Shown here in pieces: positions 59,980 through 64,000 of a stretch of 64,000 bases of DNA. Position numbers and translations under genes: made by a program. The notes beneath the pieces are model-generated. The model saw only the letters and a list, made by a program, of their open reading frames with translations. It was not told the origin of the DNA and ran no database searches. This DNA comes from Candidatus Fermentithermobacillaceae bacterium DTU015 (lineage in GTDB: Bacteria > Bacillota > Sulfobacillia > Fermentithermobacillales > Fermentithermobacillaceae): NCBI GenBank assembly GCA_001513185.1, contig LFST01000046.1, positions 18,161-82,160 on the forward strand. Reading direction: 5' to 3'. Positions within the stretch are counted from its first letter, which is position 1, and every line of letters begins with the position of its first letter.

Positions 59980-60954
59980 TTATGTTGCCGCCCCTGGCTT
60001 CCTGAGACGGGAGCCTACAAACTCCATTATGGTCGTTGCTACCTTGAAGGAATCGTGCCGTGCCAGGTCGCCTCTTGCGAGGAAATCCCCTGATATCACT
60101 TGGTAACCTGCCTGTTTAAGTTGTTCCAGATCGGCGGCTACCTGATACTTGCCTTCTTCTGCATATTTCTCAAGCACATCCTGAGGGGCGCCGGCTGTGT
60201 TGACCAATACATGGGAAAACAGCGGCCCTGCATGGTCTTGAATTGCCTGTATGTGGTCCAGCACGTCAAAGCCGTCAGTTTCCCCGGGCTGGGTCATCAC
60301 GTTGCATATATAAAGCTTGCACCCGGCAGCCTCAGCCACGGCTTGCCTGATTCCTCTTACCAAAAGGTTTGGGATGATGGACGTGAAAAGGCTTCCCGGG
60401 CCTATGATAATCCCGTCTGCGGCGCGGATCTCGTCTACGGCGTCGTCTAGGGCGGGGGGATCTTCAGGTTGCAACCTAAGCTGCTTGATCTTCCCCTTGG
60501 CCAAGGGAATCGCCGTTTCTCCAAATACCACTGAACCGTCGTCCATTTCAGCCACCAAGGATACATCGCTCAAGGTTGCCGGCAGCACCTTGCCTTTGAC
60601 TGCAAGGATCCGGGACATGGCCCTGATGGCTTCTTGAAAGTCCCCTGTCATCTCGGTCATGGCCGCCAAAAACAGGTTCCCAAAACAGTGTCCTTTCAGC
60701 TTACCCTTGGAAAACCTGTGGTTGAACAGCGCCGTCATTTCAGGCTCGGCTTCGGCCAAGGCCAAAAGGCAGTTCCTGATGTCCCCGGGAGGAAGGATCC
60801 CCATGTCTTTCCGGAGCAGCCCAGAACTGCCTCCGTCATCCGCCACCGTCACAATTGCGGTGATATTACAGTCAAATGCCTTGAGCCCCCTCAAGACGGT
60901 AGCCAGTCCTGTGCCTCCGCCTATTACCACAAGCTTGGGACACGGTTGATTCAC
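59980..60954 (-). CDS. yvcK: Gluconeogenesis factor YvcK (UPF0052 / CofD-like)
   Basis: KLVVIGGGTGL...AIVTVADDGGSSG...PGDIRNC. Confidence 0.92.
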   Translation of the reverse strand: MNQPCPKLVVIGGGTGLATVLRGLKAFDCNITAIVTVADDGGSSGLLRKDMGILPPGDIRNCLLALAEAEPEMTALFNHRFSKGKLKGHCFGNLFLAAMTEMTGDFQEAIRAMSRILAVKGKVLPATLSDVSLVAEMDDGSVVFGETAIPLAKGKIKQLRLQPEDPPALDDAVDEIRAADGIIIGPGSLFTSIIPNLLVRGIRQAVAEAAGCKLYICNVMTQPGETDGFDVLDHIQAIQDHAGPLFSHVLVNTAGAPQDVLEKYAEEGKYQVAADLEQLKQAGYQVISGDFLARGDLARHDSFKVATTIMEFVGSRLRKPGAAT

Positions 60955-61841
60955 TGGGCAGGACCTCCGGACTCTCCGATGTTGATATCCCTGTGTTCTA
61001 CAACAACCATATGTTCTTTAGACTCAAAATAGGATTTTAAGTTCTCGGCGATTGCAACTGACCTGTGCTGCCCGCCGGTGCATCCTATGGCAACCGTAAG
61101 GTGAGTCTTGCCTTCTTCGATGAAATTGGGCAGCAGAAAATCCAAGAAAGCGGTAAGGTGCCTCAGGAATCTCTTGGTTAAGGCGGAATCCAGGACGAAC
61201 CTTGATACTTCCGGTTCGAGCCCGGTAAGGGGCCTAAGGTCAGGCACGTAATGGGGGTTGGGCAAGAACCGCACGTCAAACACAAGATCTGCATCTTTGG
61301 GCAGGCCGTGCTTGAACCCGAAGCTCACCAGTGTGATGACGAGTTTCTTTATGTTGGTGTGGCGGGCAATTATCTCGTAAAGCTCTTTCCTAAGGTCTGC
61401 CGGGCTGAGCTGGGATGTGTCCACTATGGTAGTAGCTTGTTCCCTGATAGATTGAAGGCGGTTGCGTTCTTCCTTGATGGCTTCCAGGATGCCTCCCTGA
61501 TAAGACAGGGGGTGCCTTCTCCGTGTGAGCTTGTAGCGTTTGATCAAAGTGTTGTCGTCTGCTTCCAGGAACAGTATCAGCGGGTTTATCCCTTGGGCTT
61601 TGATTTCCGCCAAGGCGTCGGTGAGATCCTGGAAGAACTCCCCGCCCCTGATATCCACTACTAGGGCGATCTTTTCTTTAGGTTCTACTCCCTGGGAGCA
61701 AAGCTCCAGGAACTTAGGGATCAGCGACGGGGGGAGGTTGTCCACACAGAAGTAGCCCAGATCTTCCAGGGTTTTTAGGGCGTGTGATTTTCCGGCGCCT
61801 GACAAACCAGTGATTATGGCAATGCTGGCATTTGGTTTCAA
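60951..61841 (-). CDS. rapZ: RNase adapter protein RapZ (YvcJ)
   Basis: Walker A ITGLSGAGKS and C-terminal FKHGLP...FDVRFLPNP. Confidence 0.93.
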   Translation of the reverse strand: MKPNASIAIITGLSGAGKSHALKTLEDLGYFCVDNLPPSLIPKFLELCSQGVEPKEKIALVVDIRGGEFFQDLTDALAEIKAQGINPLILFLEADDNTLIKRYKLTRRRHPLSYQGGILEAIKEERNRLQSIREQATTIVDTSQLSPADLRKELYEIIARHTNIKKLVITLVSFGFKHGLPKDADLVFDVRFLPNPHYVPDLRPLTGLEPEVSRFVLDSALTKRFLRHLTAFLDFLLPNFIEEGKTHLTVAIGCTGGQHRSVAIAENLKSYFESKEHMVVVEHRDINIGESGGPAQ

Positions 61842-61885
61842 ATATACATCAACCTCGTCTCATCCGGGATCAGTCTCCGGCCGGA

Positions 61886-62698
61886 TTAACTTCCGGCAGT
61901 GCCTACCCCCATTGACTCCCAGAGTTTGGCGTAGAGGTGCGGTTTTACCAGGAACTCCAAGTCCGCGCCTTCCTGCCATGACCTATACATGCTTTTTCCC
62001 CTATGCAGGCCCAGCTCAGGCAAATCCCCGGGTTTCTGGAGCCGGGGCTTGGGATGCGTTCCGTAACTGTCATTGGGCATGAAGATACTCTGGCCCCTAT
62101 ATTCAACATTATAATACGCCATACCTTTCCTGGCTTTGATAGGCTCGTATATTGACGAAAAATCCTTGGCAACCCAGTTGGCCATGACCAAAGGCTCGCT
62201 TCCGGGATTGACGGTTACGTGGCCGTAAAACGGCGGGATTACCAAGATGTCTCCCTTTTCGAAGTCGGCGATCACAAAGTCCTCGATTTCTCCGGTCACG
62301 TCGCCGCCTTTTTGCATGAGGAAGTGGGCCTTGCCGTGTAGCACCTGATATACCTCGGGATATGTATACAGTTGTCCCGGGGCCATCGGGTGGTAGTGGC
62401 CGAATGTTTTTATGTATTCAGAACCGATCTTGCCCGGGTGGATTACGGTAATGTCGTAACGCAGCCCGGCATTCATCATGGGTATCCTGTCTTTTTCCAG
62501 TCCTGTGGCCCTGTACATATGGTAGAGCACATCTGGCCCGCTTTGCTCCGGGTACAGCAACACTTCCAGCATATCGCTGCGTGTCCTGGCTTCAGGTTGA
62601 GGCGCAATCACACCCTCGCCGAATTCAAGGTAACCGTCATCCGTTAGCGCAAGCTGAAATCCTGCAATGTCGGAAAGATCTATCATGTCTTGGCTCAC
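61886..62698 (-). CDS. Cupin-type glucose-6-phosphate isomerase family protein (cPGI-like)
   Basis: TFGHYHP ... EVYQVLHGKAHFLMQ ... ILVIPPFYGHVTVNPGSEP matches the archaeal cPGI metal-binding pattern. Confidence 0.6.
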   Translation of the reverse strand: MSQDMIDLSDIAGFQLALTDDGYLEFGEGVIAPQPEARTRSDMLEVLLYPEQSGPDVLYHMYRATGLEKDRIPMMNAGLRYDITVIHPGKIGSEYIKTFGHYHPMAPGQLYTYPEVYQVLHGKAHFLMQKGGDVTGEIEDFVIADFEKGDILVIPPFYGHVTVNPGSEPLVMANWVAKDFSSIYEPIKARKGMAYYNVEYRGQSIFMPNDSYGTHPKPRLQKPGDLPELGLHRGKSMYRSWQEGADLEFLVKPHLYAKLWESMGVGTAGS

Positions 62699-62705
62699 CT
62701 CTTGG

Positions 62706-63299
62706 TTAGTTTGGGTTCTTGGGCCGTCTGGGCTTGCACACTATTTCGAGAATCTGTGTGTCGAATATTGCGTTGGCGTGGGCCGGAATCAGTACCAGGG
62801 CTGTATCTGCACCCCTGCTGGTGCCACCAACAGCAATCACCGGCTCCCCGTAAGGGATCAGGCCTGCATCCAGTGCCATGGTTGCAATTTCAACTGCCAC
62901 TTTGGTGCCCTGGCCAAACATCCTTAGCGTATGGGAAATCAGCCCTCCTGGGTAGAGCCCACCAAACTGTTTGGTTACAGCTCTTTCCACGTTGGCAAAC
63001 AGATGAGTAGTGGTCAAGACCTCAGCACCTTGCTGCTTGAGGGACTCCCTGGCCTCGGGGCTCATCTCATCAAACCCGGGTTCACGGAAGCCTACATGGT
63101 GGGTCACCACCACCAGCTTGGGTCCCTTTCCTACAAAAAAGTTTGCCGTATACCCTGTATTTGATGCTACCACTATGTGGTTTATGCCCAATTCTTCAGC
63201 CCTCTTAAGCGCCAGCTCCGCCACTTGCCCGGTGTTGTGCTTGCCTGGGCTTTCGAAATACACTGCCACTTCAATCATCTCCCTTCTGAGGTGTTCCAA
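62706..63299 (-). CDS. Stand-alone pyruvate-kinase C-terminal (alpha/beta) domain protein
   Basis: HIVVASNTGYTA ... VVTHHVGF resembles the PK C-domain core (TxSGxTA...AVT). 197 aa. Confidence 0.55.
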   Translation of the reverse strand: MEHLRREMIEVAVYFESPGKHNTGQVAELALKRAEELGINHIVVASNTGYTANFFVGKGPKLVVVTHHVGFREPGFDEMSPEARESLKQQGAEVLTTTHLFANVERAVTKQFGGLYPGGLISHTLRMFGQGTKVAVEIATMALDAGLIPYGEPVIAVGGTSRGADTALVLIPAHANAIFDTQILEIVCKPRRPKNPN

Positions 63300-63521
63300 A
63301 GTGGATCACTACCAATAATACACAATATCCACAAGTCATACATACAAACCGCGGGACAAACAAGCTTCGGGCACCAAGTAGCGGCGCGACCGCTTGCGCC
63401 TGTCTGGCCGGTTTTGGCATCTTTGCTTACAATTGTCATTGTCCGAAAACACTTAAAAGGAGGTTTCCTTGAGCAGCAAACGAATGATATCCTATAGACA
63501 TACAGAAAGGTGGGCAGTCAG

Positions 63522-64000
63522 TTGCTTGAACAGCTTCGTTTCTTTACCTGGCAGGATGTGTTGCTTGCCGTAGTGGATATCGCCGTGGTGGCGTACTTGT
63601 TCTACAAGATTTTCACGCTTATCCGTGGCACTAGGGCTGTTCAGCTCCTTAAGGGAGTGGCGTTTCTGTATGTGCTCGTGTCACTCACCCAGTGGGCAAG
63701 GCTTTACACCATCAACTGGATACTAGTCCAAGTGAGGACCATGCTCCTTGTGGCGCTGCCCATCGTGTTTCATCCTGAGCTGCGGCGGGGGCTTGAGCAG
63801 ATAGGGCGGGGCAGATGGTTTACCCGGTCTTTGTTCCGCTTTCAGGATGATGATGTAGAGAAAACCGTGGACGAGCTGGTCACCGCGTGTTTTAACCTGT
63901 CCGCCCAGAAAACCGGCGGGCTTATCGTTTTGGAACGGGAGACGGGGCTGGAGGAATACATGGAAGATGCCGTGCGTATTGACGGGCTTGTATCGAGCCA
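63522..64000 (+). CDS. cdaA: Diadenylate cyclase CdaA (DisA_N), N-terminal part; continues past the window end
   Basis: TTG start after AAAGGTGGG. N-terminal TM helices, then the start of the DAC domain (TGGLIVLERETGLEEY). Confidence 0.85.
   Translation, partial: MLEQLRFFTWQDVLLAVVDIAVVAYLFYKIFTLIRGTRAVQLLKGVAFLYVLVSLTQWARLYTINWILVQVRTMLLVALPIVFHPELRRGLEQIGRGRWFTRSLFRFQDDDVEKTVDELVTACFNLSAQKTGGLIVLERETGLEEYMEDAVRIDGLVSS

Noticed and set aside
1-64000. CRISPR arrays, IS elements, integrases, tRNA/rRNA genes
   Set aside because: None found. There are no arrays of regularly spaced repeats, no transposase- or integrase-like ORFs, and no tRNA-like cloverleaf candidates. The region looks like conserved core chromosome.

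Overview
This 64 kb window is chromosomal DNA from a spore-forming, flagellated Firmicute, probably a Clostridia-type organism with about 55% GC. Almost all of it is coding and I found no mobile elements, CRISPR arrays or rRNA/tRNA genes. The gene order mirrors the Bacillus subtilis ywlE-rpiB...atp...murAA-spoIID-mbl-flhOP-fabZ and comF-flgM-flgKL-fliW-csrA-fliDST-hpf-secA-prfB-ftsEX-ctpB-minJ-uvrBA regions, with lineage-specific differences.

Main contents, in order:
- A partial low-molecular-weight phosphatase gene, a DUF917 gene, rpiB, a DUF436 gene, a dCMP-deaminase gene, and tagO and mnaA for wall-polymer precursors.
- A complete nine-gene A/V-type ATPase operon (G/H, I, K, E, C, F, A, B, D), sitting where the F1Fo operon lies in Bacillus.
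- murA, then the sporulation genes spoIID, a SpoIIQ-like degenerate M23 protein and spoIIID.
- mbl, the rod genes flgF and flgG, a rod-binding protein, fabZ, and metK without an S-box.
- A late flagellar block: comFC, yvyF, flgM, flgN, flgK, flgL, fliW, csrA, fliD, fliS and fliT. There is no flagellin gene between csrA and fliD.
- cspA on the minus strand, then hpf.
- A four-gene insertion between hpf and secA: a protein with an NTP-transferase-like N-terminus, a triple-repeat unknown, a 7TM HD-GYP (with GFP in place of GYP), and a small membrane protein.
- secA, and prfB with its programmed +1 frameshift.
- csaB, tagA and a split transketolase, which point to a pyruvylated secondary cell-wall polymer.
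- ftsEX with a coiled-coil M23 peptidase, ctpA, a MinJ-like PDZ protein, and uvrB-uvrA-uvrC.
- A DUF2089 / YvlB-like (SHOCT+DUF4097) / SHOCT three-gene module.
- On the minus strand, whiA-yvcK-rapZ, then a cupin-type PGI and a stand-alone pyruvate-kinase C-domain protein.
- The 5' end of cdaA at the window edge.

The most unusual sequence-level observations:
- An SD-hairpin-start motif repeated in front of two consecutive V-ATPase genes.
- A 28-bp direct repeat pair upstream of rpiB.
- SD-sequestering palindromes in front of spoIID and metK.
- Tandem 16-bp repeats upstream of the minJ-like gene.
- A Cys4 small ORF in the comFB position.
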